A DNA stretch of 64,000 nt from Vicugna vicugna. Its lineage: Eukaryota. Positions within the stretch are counted from its first letter, which is position 1. The number at the start of each line of letters is the position of its first letter. Below, piece by piece: positions 38,748 to 52,032 of the stretch. The position numbers were made by a program, and so were the translations under genes. Location: assembly GCA_013265495.1 (NCBI GenBank), contig MU057651.1:248001-312000 (forward strand). The letters are read 5' to 3'. The notes under the pieces were generated by a model. It was given only the letters and a program-made list of their open reading frames with translations. It was not told where the DNA came from and made no database searches.

Positions 38748-39218
38748 TGAAGGAAACCAGAATATATGACTCCAAAATATGCTTCTTTGGCATAAAATTT
38801 ATTTTGAGCTGAAGGCAATTAAGAAGCAGTAAACTCTAAAAAAGCTACCGCTTTTCTGCCTAAAGGCAGGAAATAAATTTTCCTTTTGCTAAAGACAGAC
38901 TCTAATGTGACCAGAGATGGCACCAGAGAAATCTGTATAAACAAACCTTGTTAAACTAACCCTTATCTTCCTAGTTACTCTTCACCATTAACAACCCTTG
39001 CCCAAACCTCTTTGTCTTATCACAGATTTATTGTTTTTCTAAAAGATATTAAATTGTCCTGCTCTGGTCACTTCTTCAGGTCTTCATTTTCTTTATTAAA
39101 TGTAAAAATTTAATAAAACGTGTGTGCTGTTCTCTTCTTAATTTGTCTTTGTCAGTTTAATTTTCAGACCCAGCCAGAGACTCTATGACAGTTGAGAAAA
39201 GCTTTTTCCTCCCCTACA
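38748..39218 (+). mobile_element. ERV1 solo LTR (MER34/39-like)
   Basis: tgaaggaaaccagaata...ttttcctcccctaca; flanks atgt/gtgt. Confidence 0.8.
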
Positions 39219-39782
39219 GTGTCATGACACAAGCAAGCCACTAAGCTAAGAAATGAAGGAAAACATAGCCCTGATGTTCCTATGGCTGCATTGGCCCCCT
39301 TTTATATATCTTATCACAATATATCTTAATTATGTTGGCTTTTTCTCTGGTTTATCACCTTTCCCCCTAATTAGGTTGTGAGTTTCTTGAGGGCAAGGAT
39401 CTTGTCTTACTCATTTTTTTACCTCAAAACACACATTACATCTCATGATGTTCAGTGGTGCTCAGATATTTTTTGAACTGAAAAGCACTTGAATGAAAAG
39501 AAATTATCAAGTTAAAACATCAAGGCCTATGTCTCCTAAGCTGAACTTCTACTACTGTTTGAAAGGGCTTGGTTATCCTATATTAATATGATAATGATGG
39601 CACTAAAACTAGGCATGTTATCTTTGCTACCCTGATAGTTTCTAACTATAGTGATAAATTGATAAAACAGAAGAGAAATTTAATTCTTGTCAAATCAGTT
39701 ATGTCTCCTTCATTTACAATAATTTACATAATTAAGTCAACCATGATTGCACAACTCCAGGAAACAGCATTCATATGGACCA

Positions 39783-39992
39783 TGATCTGGCAATTTTTTT
39801 TTTGTAAAGTAAATATATTTGGCTTTTCTGATAGGGTCTGTTGCAACTAATAAACTCTGCCATTTTAGTAGGGAGAGCAGCCACAGGGCAGTATGTGAAT
39901 GAATTAGCATGGCAGTGTTCCAATAAAACTTTATTTATAAAAACAGGCTATGGTCTGGATTTGGCCCTTAGAGTATTGTTTTCCAAACCCTG
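39783..39992. mobile_element. MER58A hAT MITE
   Basis: gtgttccaataaaactttatttataaaaacagg...ggatttggccc. Confidence 0.8.
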
Positions 39993-40444
39993 ACGCAGAA
40001 TACAGTATGAATGGTACCCCCTGGAGTTGTGCAATGTGGTAGTCATGTATACAATTAATATAGACTAAATGAACTCAAGAATTTTTCCTCTTTCTAGAAA
40101 AGGCTTGAAGGATTACCTACTTCCTACTCATTTTACAGATGGGGAAACAGATTCTGAGAGGCTGAGAAAGAGAGATATGCTTAAAGTAATATAGTTCACT
40201 TGTGTCAAAGCTAGCTATGAAACCCAGTCCTGACCCCTAGTCCAAGGCTCTTTCTGTTATGTCAGCCCATCAAAGATGAATATTAAATTATTTCTCATAT
40301 AGTTATAGTTTAAAATATGCTTTATTATATTCTAATTCTTTGCAAATTGATATGTTAAAGATAGTTACTCATACCACAGAGCAATTACTATAAAGCAGTA
40401 AAATAAAAATATACACAGCTGGAAGGAATCCCTTGCCATGATGT

Positions 40445-41970
40445 TAAGTCTTACAATATATAGGCAAATAAGTTAGCACAGTACTGGGAATGGGATAGAC
40501 ACATAGAACAATAGAACTGAAAAAAAAAAACCAGAAATAGATCCACACAAGTATACCCAATAAATTTTGACAAAGGAGCAAAATCAATTCAATGGAAAAA
40601 GGATAGCCTTTCTAACAAATGTTGAAGAAGCAGTTGGATATCCACAGGCAAAAAATAAAAATCCTTCACCTAAATTTCATATCATATACAAAAATTAAAT
40701 CAAAATAGATTACAGATTTAAATGTAAAACTATATAACTTTTAGAAAAATACATGGTAGAAAATCTTTGGAGACTAGCACTAGGAAGACAGTCTTTAGAC
40801 TTGACACCAAAAACATGATCCATAAAAGGAACAAAAACATATATTGGTCCATCAAAATTAAAAACTTTTGCTCTGTCAAAGATCTAAAAGCAGTGAAAAG
40901 ATAAACTACAGAGTGGAAGAAAATACTTGCAAGCCAGATATCTGACCAAGAGCTAGTATCTTAATTATATAAAGAACTTTCATAACTCAACAGTTAAAAA
41001 ATGGGCAAAATAGATGAAGAGACATTTCACTGAAGATATACAGATGGCAAGTAAGCACATGAAAACATGTTTAACATTAGCCATTAGAAAAATACAAATT
41101 AGAACTGCAATATTACTACATGCCTATCAGAATGGCTAAATGAAAAGAAAATATTAATAACACCGAATTCTGGTGAGGATGCAGAGAACTTTGACTTTAT
41201 GCCAGTGAGAAGGTAAAATGGTACACCCATTCTGGAAAACTGGCAGTTTCTTAAAAAACTAAGCATATAACTTACAACTTGGGTATTTATCCCAGAGAAA
41301 TGAAGACTTATGTTCATATAAAAACCTTTATATTAATGCTCACAGCAGTTTTATTCATAATAACCAAAAACTCAAAAAAGCCTAGATGTCCTTCAAAGGG
41401 TGAAAAGTTAAACAAAGTGTGGTACATACACACCATGGAACACTACTCAGCAATAAAAAGAATGGACTATTGAAACACATAATAATTTGAATAAACCTCA
41501 AGGAAGCTATGCTTAGTGGAACAATCCAATAACAAAAAGATAGTACATGTTTCCATTTACGTAACATTCATAAAGTAGCATAATTATAGAGGTAGAGAAC
41601 TGGTTGGTTGCCAGGTGTTAAGGATAGGGAGGAAGGGGACAAGCATGCCTATAAAGAGGTAACATAAGAGAGTCTTATGGTGGTGATGATACAGTTAGTA
41701 TCTTGATTGTGATAGTGGTTGCACAAGGCTATACATGTGATAATATTCCATAGGGCACCCCCACCCATACACAAATTAGTTCATGTATAACAGTTGAAAT
41801 TTGAATAAACTCTATGGATTGTGCCAAAGTCAGTTTCTTGGTTTCAATAATGTATTATAAGGCTATAAGATGTTAACACTAGACTAGGCTAGGGAAAGGG
41901 TTTATGGGAATTCCCTGTACAATTCTTTTGCAACCTACTGTAAATCTATAATTATTTCAAAACAAAAAGT
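40445..41970 (+). mobile_element. L1MC-like ORF2 end plus 3'UTR
   Basis: ccagaaatagatccacac...tatcccagagaaatgaagac...tttgcaacctactgtaaatctataattatttcaaa. Confidence 0.9.
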
Positions 41971-42426
41971 ATGTATATTAAAATATAAAATATATTTTAT
42001 TATAAATTATATAAATGTATACATGAGAGAGATGGAGAGAAGTGAACGAGTGTTATCTTCAATTTAATAATCATTTATTGCATGCATTCCATAGCCAAGA
42101 TTCTGGTTAATGCAAAGCTGAATAAGTACATTTTCAAAGACCATCCATTCCATTAAACAGAGTCTTCTTGAGAAGTTTCAATCAAAATGCCCTTAATCTT
42201 TCAGTATGAAACTTACCAATGAGTAACATAAAGTAATTGAAACCTATTAACTTCCTTTGAAGTTAATTAATTCCTTTGAATTAATTATGAACATTAACTA
42301 TTCTTCATTCCAACATTCTTCTAAACTATTTTTGCTAAAACCACCAAGGATGTCCTAATTTGCCAAATGCAAGCCCTGGTTGACTGCTCTGTAGCATTTG
42401 TCCTTGTTAACCAATTTTTCCTTTTT

Positions 42427-42547
42427 CTTTTTTTAAATTGAGGTAACATTGGTTTATCCTTAAGGGTATTATGCTAAGTTAAATAAGTCAGATGGAGAAA
42501 GACAAATACCATATGATTTTACTCATATGTAGGATATTTTTAAAAAT
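42427..42547 (-). mobile_element. Miniature inverted/deleted L1
   Basis: Poly-T plus ~25 bp antisense 3' end, then ~90 bp sense ORF2 end; TSD aatttttccttttt / aattctcctttttt. Confidence 0.7.
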
Positions 42548-43913
42548 AATTCTCCTTTTTTAAAGTGCTCTACTTTTTTAACTTTTGTGACATCACTTTT
42601 TCTGTCTCTCCAGTCGTTTTTAGTTTTCTCTCTTGTTTTATATGTTCTCTCATAGCTTCAGTAATAAACCCATGCTAATTGTTCTCACATCTCTTTTTTC
42701 AATATCATCTTCTTTCTTGAATTTCAGACCCATATTATCAACTGCTCATTAATTGTTCTACTTGAATGTCCTCCAGGAACTTCCCATTTAATGTAACCCC
42801 CCATTCTTCCTCCATATATGTGTTCTGCACATAGTAGTTGCTCAATAACTATCTGAATTAAAATCGAAATATTCTTGATATTTTGAATGATACATAATTG
42901 TATTATTCTTGAAAGTTAGAAACCTCAGTGTACTTCTTGGCTTTTTACCATTACTCGTAAATCTAGTTAATCACAAAATGCTATTGATTTTACCTCAATG
43001 TTTTTTAACTTAGGCTCTCCCCATTCTTACAGCAACTTCTTTAGTTAGAGTCCTCATCATGTCTCACCTGGACTATTGACATAGGCTCCAAACTGGTTCT
43101 CACAGATTTATGTCTACAAGTGAATGACTAGAGATGTGCATGTGAGTGAGAAAGATGTGTGAAAAGCTAACTACAATGTGAAAACACTGTCCCCAACTGT
43201 GCAGCTTAAGTTACCAAAAAAAAAAAAAAACCAAACTTTGGATGGACAATGTTTGATTGCAGAGCCAAAGACCTTGTGAGAAATAGCAAGCTAAGAGAAA
43301 TGAGCTTGTAAATGATGCTATGAAAGTTTTTATTTCAAATACTGGCTCCCTAAACATCACCAAAACAACTGTGGGAGTAGATGGTCTCAGTTTTCATATA
43401 AAGGAGACCATAAAAAGAAATTAGGAAAGGCACTGAAAGTTAATTGTACATTAAATTAATAATGGTGAATATTGAGCAATTAATTTTTATTTATTATCAT
43501 ATCTTTGCTGCAATCTGACTTAAGCCAGTTTGGCCTTCACAAGTGTTGGGTTTGGATGTCTGTAAATTGAAGACTATAGGTCTCCAAATGCACAACTTTG
43601 TTACTGCATGACATGTTACAGTAAATGGAAATCTTAAACTGAATTACCTCACACATGCATTTATTAGTTAATAGGAAAAAGTAAGTCTTACAGCCTGTTA
43701 CAATAAGCTTGGAAATTTCACTTCTCCATCTATTTGAGCACTTTAACAAACATCTTGCATGGATGTTTCACTCCAAAGCAGGTGTTCTGACAGTACGTTT
43801 AGCTGATCTATTTGGGTCATGGAACAAAATTCTTTCTTATTAGAGTATGTGTGTGGTGGTGGGTGGGTGGGGTACAGAAAAGAAAGAAGTTCTAAACAGT
43901 GAAACACAAACAG

Positions 43914-44726
43914 TGAAAGACAAAATGCACCAGACAATTAAAGAGATTATTTTATTTGGACTATTGCATTAATGAGGAACATCTCAAAGAAAAGGAAGGG
44001 AGCTTGAGGTTTTATAGAGGCAGATAAACAAGGGAGTTATCCATGAGGTATATGAGAGTCATAGAGAAGGATAAAGATGGGTCTTATCTGAGAAGATATG
44101 AGAACAGAGTAATCCTTTGAGGTTAGCCAGAGTATAAAGGAGTGGGCAAAATTCTTAACTGTTGCTAATGATGGGCTTCAGAACACATTACCTCCAAAAT
44201 ATGGTGCATTGGCATACTGAATATTTTGAGCTGAAGGAATTTAAGAAATGGTAAGTGCAGGAAGGATTCTCCAACATTTCTTTCACTGAAGCAGATCATA
44301 AGACCCTCATGTAAGAGGTGCCCACCCTATATCCAAAGGAAAGGAATACCTTATGCCTAAGAAAGAGGGAATTTGACTGAACAAGCCTTGCTAAGTTTCC
44401 CCATTTACTGTCTAACTCACCCTTTTCTCCTATCATGTGTTTTTCGGTGACTCTCTACTCTTCTTCAAACCTAACATAAACATACTCAGGTTTAACTGTT
44501 TGTTTTTTTTTTTTTTTTTGGAGTGGGGTGGTTCATTTCCTTAGAATGGCACCCATGTCATGTAAAAATTATATATTAAATAAATGTGTATGCTTTTCCC
44601 TTGTTAATCTGTATTTTGTTGCAGAGATTCAGCCAAAAGTCTACAAGGGTTGAAGGAAAAAGGTATTTTTCTTCCCTCATATTACCTTCTGGGAGCACAG
44701 GGCTCAGATAAAATTCACTATCGGCA
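43914..44726 (-). mobile_element. Old ERV1 LTR split by a MER39-like LTR
   Basis: tgaaagacaaaatgcaccagac...gggagcacagggctcagataaaattca. Confidence 0.65.
44169..44681 (+). mobile_element. MER39-like solo LTR
   Basis: tgatgggcttcagaacac...ccaaaatatggtgcattggcatactgaatattttgagctgaagg...ttcttccctcata. Confidence 0.8.
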
Positions 44727-45027
44727 TAGGTCCTCCTTACAAGGTGTTAGGTTGCTGGGCTCTTCTGGTTCTTATATACCCCTTTTTGTGCAAGGGTGGA
44801 GCTGCCTATAGAATATTTCTAGTCAATACATATTTTTTGAATATCACCAATTAGAACCAGTTGTTTTGAGAAGAGTATTTTAGATGGAATAACCAGGAAA
44901 GTACTCTCTGAGTAAGTAATTTTGGAACAGAGACCTCAATTCATTAAGTGAGCAAGCCATGCAAAGCAGAAGGGTATTCCAGGCAGAAGGAACTGAAAGT
45001 GCCAAGACCTTGAGGCACAAATGAGCA

Positions 45028-45540
45028 TGTGGAAATAAATGAGACTACCCAAATGAGAACAGCAAAGGGCTATTTATTCAGAGCTTGTTGTAGCAAGGGA
45101 GTTAGCCACCATAACTTGCACTTGGCAGAGACTCAAAGGCAGAGAGTAGGGAAGCTTCATTGTGGAAAAAAGGGACAGCTTCAGGTATGACTTGATTGGA
45201 GACTGCTGGCACGGCAAAACTATAGGCAGGCTAACTAGAAGCAGGGCATCCTATGTGAGGGGTACATATTTGGCTTTCTCTGGTTGGTCCTAAGTTGGGA
45301 GCTGGGACAAAAATTAGGGAAGCTGTCAGTTATTAATCAAGTCCTGGATGTTTGAGGCTGATTGTTATAGGGAGTATTGTTGGCTTCCTAGATTGGTTAC
45401 TAGAGATAATAGTCTAACTTCCTACAAGTCTGACTTCTAGAAAGTAAATTGATTTATTGAGTGGTTTCTGCAGATTGTGGATCAGAGTTCTAGTTTTATA
45501 TATGATTTGGCCATTGTCTGTCTGCATATTCAGTCTCTCA
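45028..45540 (-). mobile_element. ERV1 solo LTR
   Basis: TG...CA; antisense AATAAA; flanks agca/agtg. Confidence 0.8.
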
Positions 45541-45861
45541 AGTGTGACATGTTTGAAGAACACCAAGAAGGCTAGTGTGGCTGGAGTGGAAAGAAGGAGC
45601 AGAAAGTGTTAGGAGATGAGGTTAGACAGATAGGCGGGAAATAGGTCTGATAGGGCCTTGAAATCCATTCTAATGAATTTGATTTTACTCCATTGTAATA
45701 GGAACCCTTTGGAATATTCTTAACAGGGGAGTAAAGTGAGCTGATTTCTAGTTTTAAAAGTTTGCTTTGGCTGCTATATAGACAGCAAAGACTATAGAGA
45801 GACAAGAGTAGAAGGAGAGAGGCCACCAAAGAGGTTATTGCCATAGTTTAGGTGAGAGAAG

Positions 45862-46961
45862 TGAAAGAGTTTGGAACACGCCCCACAAAATATACCACTC
45901 TAGCATACGGATTATTTTAAGTTAAAGGCACTTGAAAAACAGCAGATGCAAGAGGGGCACTCTGACCTTTTTTCTTTCTTTTAAAAACAGGAGATGAAAT
46001 TCCCATGTGAAAGATATTGTAGGGGAGCAAATTTTGCCACCCCAAAATGTGTCTCTTTGGCTTGAGGGTTAATTTAGGCTGATTATTTTTAAGAAACAGA
46101 ATATTCAGGAAGTTCTTCTTGTTATCTCTCTTTTAACTGCATAAAGGAATTTAGATAAAGGGCCTGAAATAGACCTGTCTCCAGAGATAAAAGAGTATGG
46201 GCTAGGTGAGGTGGGAAAAATTTGGCAGGGCCTGAAGATCAGCATTCACTCTGTGTCCCATTGTCTCTGCATGGCCCAGCAAACATTTGTGTCCCAAACA
46301 TTTGCTTTTTCATCTCCATGTGAATTGTCTTCCTCCCCTTTCAGGTCCCAAACCACTATTCCCAAAGTCCTCTTTTGTCTTTAGCCAAAGATGAAGATGG
46401 TATTTAAGGTGAAGGTTTCAGGCATTTTGTCAAGTTACACAATTTTCCTGGGTCTCGCTCATGTATGCATGTTATTAAACTTTTGTTTGCTTTTCTCCTG
46501 TTAATCTGTCTCATGTCAGTTTAATTCTTAGACCAGCCAGAAGAATCTAGAAGGGTAGAGAAAATTTTCTTCCTCCCTGACAATGACCTCCCTATACCAG
46601 AAGGGAAGAGACATTCTATCTTCAAGGATGGGAAGTTGAGGCTGAGAGAAATCTGTACAAATAAACCTTGTTAAACTAACGTTTATTTTCCTAGTCACTT
46701 CTCCGCCTAATTAAATACACTAGCCCAAGCCCCTTTGCCTTGTGACATTTTCACAATTTACTACTCTTTGTCCAATTCAGTACATTATTGTTCAACTGCT
46801 TCTTTGGGTCTTCATTTTTCTCATGAGGGCTCCCATGTACATGTAAAAAAAAGTTAAAACTTGTATGCTTTTCTTATGTTAATCTGTTTTATGTCAGCTT
46901 AATTCTTAGGCCCAGCTGGAGACTCTTAAGAGGATAGAGGATAAGTTTTTCCTCCCCTATA
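45862..46961 (+). mobile_element. MER34/39-like LTR split by a younger LTR
   Basis: tgaaagagtttggaacacgcc...cccatgtgaaagat | ctccctataccagaagg...ttttcctcccctata. Confidence 0.8.
46018..46582 (+). mobile_element. ERV1 solo LTR (same family as 24115-24677)
   Basis: TG...CA; long shared blocks with 24115-24677, e.g. tctgtctcatgtcagtttaattcttagaccagccaga. Confidence 0.9.
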
Positions 46962-47105
46962 GGTGATAAGTGGTCTAAACTAGAATAGTAGCTGTGGAGG
47001 TGGTAAGAGATAGTGGATTCTGGACACGTTTGGAAGGAAGAGAGAACAGGATTCATTGATGGGTTGGACGTGATGGTGAGAAAGTAATCAAGAATACAGT
47101 ATTTC

Positions 47106-47900
47106 TGGGATGTGCTCAGAGCAGGGGGCCTGAAGAAATGACTCCTCTGTTTACAACACACCCAACAGGAATCTGGGTTCATTGTGACAAATGGCACAAA
47201 ACTTGGGGCCTTCCTATGAACACATACCCTACACATGTCCCCCTGCACCTCCACATGGCTGCTGGGCAAGACCAGTGGGATAGGGCTCAATACTGGAAGA
47301 AAAACCACAGTATTTTGTGGGGGAATTTGCCACCTAGAGCCTGTCTGGTCTATGAATGGGTGGGCTATGAGTGGTCTTATAGACATGAAGCCTTTGAACT
47401 TCTTTTCAAGGGAAAAAAGAGATTCCATATGCCATTCTGGAGTAGCGAAGTTTTTTAGAGCAGTGAAAATACTTTGTATGACATTATAATGATGTATATC
47501 TATGTCCTTATACTTTTGTCCAAACTAAGGTGAACTGTGGACTTTGGTGATTATGATGTGTCAACATACGTTCAGCCTTAGTTTAAAAAAAAAGTACCAC
47601 TCTGGTAAATAAAAATAATGACTATGCACATATGTGGAGAGCAGGTAGGTATATGGGAAATTTCTGTACCTTCCTATCCAGTTTGTTGTAAGCCTAAAAC
47701 TGCTTTAAAAAGTCTTAAAAACAAGAAAACTCAGGGTAGACATTTTTGGCAAAACTGGTTTCAGTTATATATATATGTGTGTGTGTTTGTTGGATTGTGA
47801 TATAAAATGTATTTTCCAGGTCAAAAAAGTTTGCAAGCCACTGTAGTTAAGTTACAGTGGGCAAATAAAAATAAAACTTAAACTCAAAAAAAAAGTAAAA
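47106..47900 (+). pseudogene. Retroposed polyadenylated transcript fragment (3'UTR retrocopy or orphan L1 transduction)
   Basis: 16-bp TSD aagaatacagtatttc (47090) / aagaacacagtatctc (47901); AATAAA at 47864 and 47870; A-tail from 47886; interrupts L2. Confidence 0.7.
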
Positions 47901-49119
47901 AAGAACACAGTATCTCCATTGTCTCTGAGCTGAGCAAATGGTGGTGCCATAAATAAGATGAAGAAAGTCTTTGTAAATGCCTTATGCTCCTTCATTAAAT
48001 CATGTCTACTTATCCAGATGACATATGTATGCTTCTTGAGGATAAGGATGGAGCCTTGTCAAGTTTTCTTTCCACTATGCTTATTAAAGAATTATATACC
48101 CAGGACAGACTTCAGTGAATATTTCTGATTGATTCTGCTAAATAAATTGAAAGAAATGTTTTTGATGCTAGGCCAGCAGCCATTTCTAATTGGGGTGCCT
48201 CTATTCTATTCCTTTCCCCACGTTCTTGATACTTAAATAAAAGAAATGCAGAACACTTGGAAAATCTACATTTTTCTTCAGGAGATAAATTGACCTGCTT
48301 ATTGATGTAGTCATTCTAGGCAAAGTGGCTAGCTGCTCTAACTGGATCTGAAAGAATCCAGATATTTACATTCATTTGAATGCAGAAATAAAAAAAGTAC
48401 TTTGTGCATTTTACTCCTGGAGAAAAGGAGACAGATCAATACCCACCAGAGAATTATAGCTGAATTGTTGATAAGACATAAATCTGTTAGTTGTATTCTC
48501 ATCCAAACTATTTTTTAAATGCCCGGGTAAGGAAGAGCCTCTGCTATTATTTAAATCTGGATTTTTTTGCTTCTTGTAAATTTGTAAATGCAACATAAGG
48601 AATTTTTCTCCCTTTATTCTATCATGATACTCCTATCAGCTATAGTGCTATATAGAAATACAAGGGAACAGTAATGCTCTGTTAGTAATGGAATTTACAT
48701 ATGAAAAGAAAGTGATGCATATTCAATTGCCCCTGTTTTAGAATCTCATCATTGTCACATTAGTCATTACTGTGTAACTACCTTGTTTTGATTGATTATA
48801 TACATGATTTCAATATAAATGAGCATAGCTGTCATGAAAAAGAATTTCCTTCCATTAAATTATAAAAAGTCATCAGTATGTTTAAATTTTGCTTTTTAAA
48901 AATTTCATGTTTCTTTAATTATCATATATATTTGAATGGAAGCAAGCATTTTTCTTTATTATCTACATTTTCATTTTTTCTACCTTCAAAATCATGCTAT
49001 AATACTGAGTTTGCAACATCACTACTATTTCTGTAACAACCCAGTTTGATATCAGTCACACATATGCAATTTAATAAATGATCAAGCAAAATGAAAAAAT
49101 TCTGATTAAAAATAAATGA

Positions 49120-49645
49120 GAAGACATGGAAGCAACCTAAATGTCCATCGACAGATGACTGGATAAAGAAATTGTGGTATATTAATACAATGGAATACTA
49201 CTCAGCCATAAAAAGAATGAAATCATGCTGTTTGCTTAAATGGACCTGGAGAGTGTCATTTTAAGTGAAGTAAGCCAGAAAGAGAAAGAAAAATACCATA
49301 TGATATCACTCTTATGTGGAATCTAAAAAAAAATTAGAAAGAGAACACTAATGAACTCATCTATAAAACAGAAACAGATTCACAGACATAGTAAACAATC
49401 TTATGGTTACTGGAAGAAAAGGGGGTGGGAATGGATAAATTTGGGAGTTTGAGATTTGCAAATGTTAACCATTACATATAAAAATAGATAAAAAACAAAT
49501 TTGTATAGCACAGGGAAATATATTCAATATCTTGTATTAACCTTTAATGAAAAAGAATCTGAAAAAGAATATATGTATATATATATATGTATGACTATAC
49601 ACCAGAAATTCACACATTGTAACTGACTATACTTCAATAAAAAAA
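49120..49645 (+). mobile_element. L1 3' end (cetartiodactyl/camelid age)
   Basis: aagacatggaagcaacctaaatgtccatcgacagatgactgg...actatacttcaataaaaaaaa. Confidence 0.9.
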
Positions 49646-51166
49646 ATGGAGCCATTCAAACCTAAATTCCTACTAGCAAATAAAAAAGGTTATAAAGTGC
49701 TACTAGAAGCATATGCTAGAAGGAAACATTAGTTTTATTTCAAAATTATTATATCCTTAGTTTCCTCATGTAAAGTAAAATCCCACTAAATAAATCAGAA
49801 ATTTTCAGAATTCAACATGTGAAGAACAGTGAGGAAAAGGTGTGATAAGTAAATGACTATATAAAGAACAATGTTAGTATCATGTTAGCCTGTGTAAGTG
49901 AACAACATGTTTACTAAAAGCAAACTCCCATCTATTAAACTAGCTTACACTGTCTTCCAGTAATGACAACTAAAATGTTCACAGTGTGTGTAACCAGGAT
50001 TAACTACACCTGGTTGGAACAGAGTAGGTGGGCCAAGTCATGGAACTGGGTTTTCCCACTGAGCAAATTCAGCTACAGGCACCAGACGAAATGCAGTATG
50101 GGTCAGAATATGATATTTAGCCATTTTGTCAGTCATCCAGTATTGCTGAACATCTGCTATGTGCCAGGTTCTGTGCTAATCATTCAGGATGTAAAGATGA
50201 ATGCCTTCCCTCAGAGGGCTCACATATATGCACATGAATGAATTGTAATGCAGTGATTAAATACAAGAGTATAAGCAATTATAACCACTGAGTTCACACA
50301 AAAGAAATAGCAATTAACTGTGTTCTGGGAGGGAGAATCAAGGAAAGTGATAGACCTGGATAATGAGGATAAATCAAGCTGTTTTGAAGGGTGAATAGCA
50401 GTATGCTAAGGATACAGAAGTAGAATGGGCTTTTCAGGCAGAGGAGGCAGAAGGTGATCTGGAGTATATTGTGAAAGAGAAAGTAGTGGGGAATGAGGAT
50501 TGAACAGAGCAAGGCAAGACAAGGTGATGAAAAGTTTTATGCATAATGCTTGGAATTTTGGACCAGTGTCTGATCATCTTATAGTGACACCTACAAGTAA
50601 ACAAGAAATCTCCATATACACAGAGCTTGCCTTTAGCTTTTTTCAGTGTCTCATTCTTAAATATGAACATTCAGTCAAGGATCACCAACATTTAAGAAAA
50701 ACTTCTGAAATGAGAGCTGTATATATCTAAAATGCATAATTTGGTAAGTTTTGACATATATATCCTCAAATGTATATACATATTCATATGCATGTTCAAA
50801 TATATACATATACTCCTGAAACCATCCCCACAATCAAGATAGTGAACATATCCACCAGAAAGTCTCCTTGGACCTTCCATCTTATTCCTCGCCGAGAAAA
50901 CTGATATGTTTCCTATAACTACAGATTTGTATTTTTATAGAGCTTTATATAAATGGAATCATGAGTATTTGCTTCTTTTGATCTGGCTTCTTTCACTCAG
51001 CATAATTATTTTGAGAGTCACCCATGTTGTTGCATGTATCAAGAATCCTGTCCTTTTTTTTGACTCGGTAATATTTCATTATATAGATATACCACAATTT
51101 ATTTATTCATTCCCCTGTTGATGGACTTTTGGATTATTTCCAATTTTTTTTATTACAAATTAAGCT

Positions 51167-51554
51167 TGCTAAAAAGGAGAGAGCAATTCCAAAATAGAGT
51201 CACTTGGGCTAAACCCCACACCAGCAAACCAAGACTTAATACCTAACCTAATTGCAGTCTCAATACCTCCGAGGAATGTAACCTTTAACCAATCAATCTG
51301 GAATTACCTGATCAGGACTAGTGAGGTAATCCACCTTACTATTCCCCTTAGGATGGTGGCCCTTCCTGAAACAGTGCATTCTTTGCTAATAATTTCTTTT
51401 TTCTGCCCCCTTTGTGCCTTTGAAAACCTTTTCTTTTCTATAGCTCTGTGGAGCTCCTTTCTATTGCTAGATGAAATGCTGCCTGTTTCATAAATCATTT
51501 AATAAAGCCAATTTGATCTTTAAATTTATTTAGTTGAATTTTTGTTATTTAACA
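51167..51554 (+). mobile_element. ERV1 solo LTR
   Basis: TG...CA, ccaaaatagagtcac start, AATAAA; flanks agct/aact. Confidence 0.8.
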
Positions 51555-51949
51555 AACTCTCATGAATATTCTTGTGCAAGTCAATGTATACACATATTTT
51601 TCTTTAGTTTTGGGTAAATGCCTCAAAGTGGAATGGCTGAATTTATGGTAGGTGTATCTTCAACTTTATAGTGAACTACCAAACTTTTGCAAAGCAGCTC
51701 TCCCATTTTACATTCCTACTAGCAGTATGAGAATTCTGGTCACTCCAATCCTTACTAACATGTGGTCAGTCTTTTTAATTTTAGACATTCTAGTAAGTGT
51801 GTAGTGGCCTCATTGTAGTTTTAATTTGCATTTTCCCAAACTTTTCATGTGCTTATTTGCCATCCATACATCTTTCATGAAATGTCTGTTCAAATATTTC
51901 CCTGAAATGTCTGTTCAAATATTTCCCTCCCCTCTTTTTCTAAGCTTTT

Positions 51950-52032
51950 TTTTTTAATGGAAGTACTAGGGATTGAACCTAAAACCTCTTGCATGCTAAG
52001 CACACACTCTACCACTGAGCTATACTCTCCCC
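51950..52032 (-). mobile_element. Camelid Vic-1-type SINE (short form)
   Basis: gggattgaacc...accactgagctatactctcccc; TSD taagctttt at 51941 and 52040. Confidence 0.85.

Larger units (their letters stand above)
44870..47960 (-). mobile_element. L2 fragment broken by three LTRs and a retrocopy
   Basis: ttccaggcagaaggaactg...gctagtgtggctggagtg...ctttggctgct...aacaggattcattgatgggttgga...ggtggtgccat. Confidence 0.75.

Noticed and set aside
46889..47428. Longest ORF (179 aa, minus strand)
   Set aside because: Runs across retrocopy, L2 and LTR boundaries; a chance open frame
48290..48600. Splice-like motifs and a 61-aa minus ORF in unique sequence
   Set aside because: No consistent acceptor/donor pair with an open frame, and no recognisable peptide
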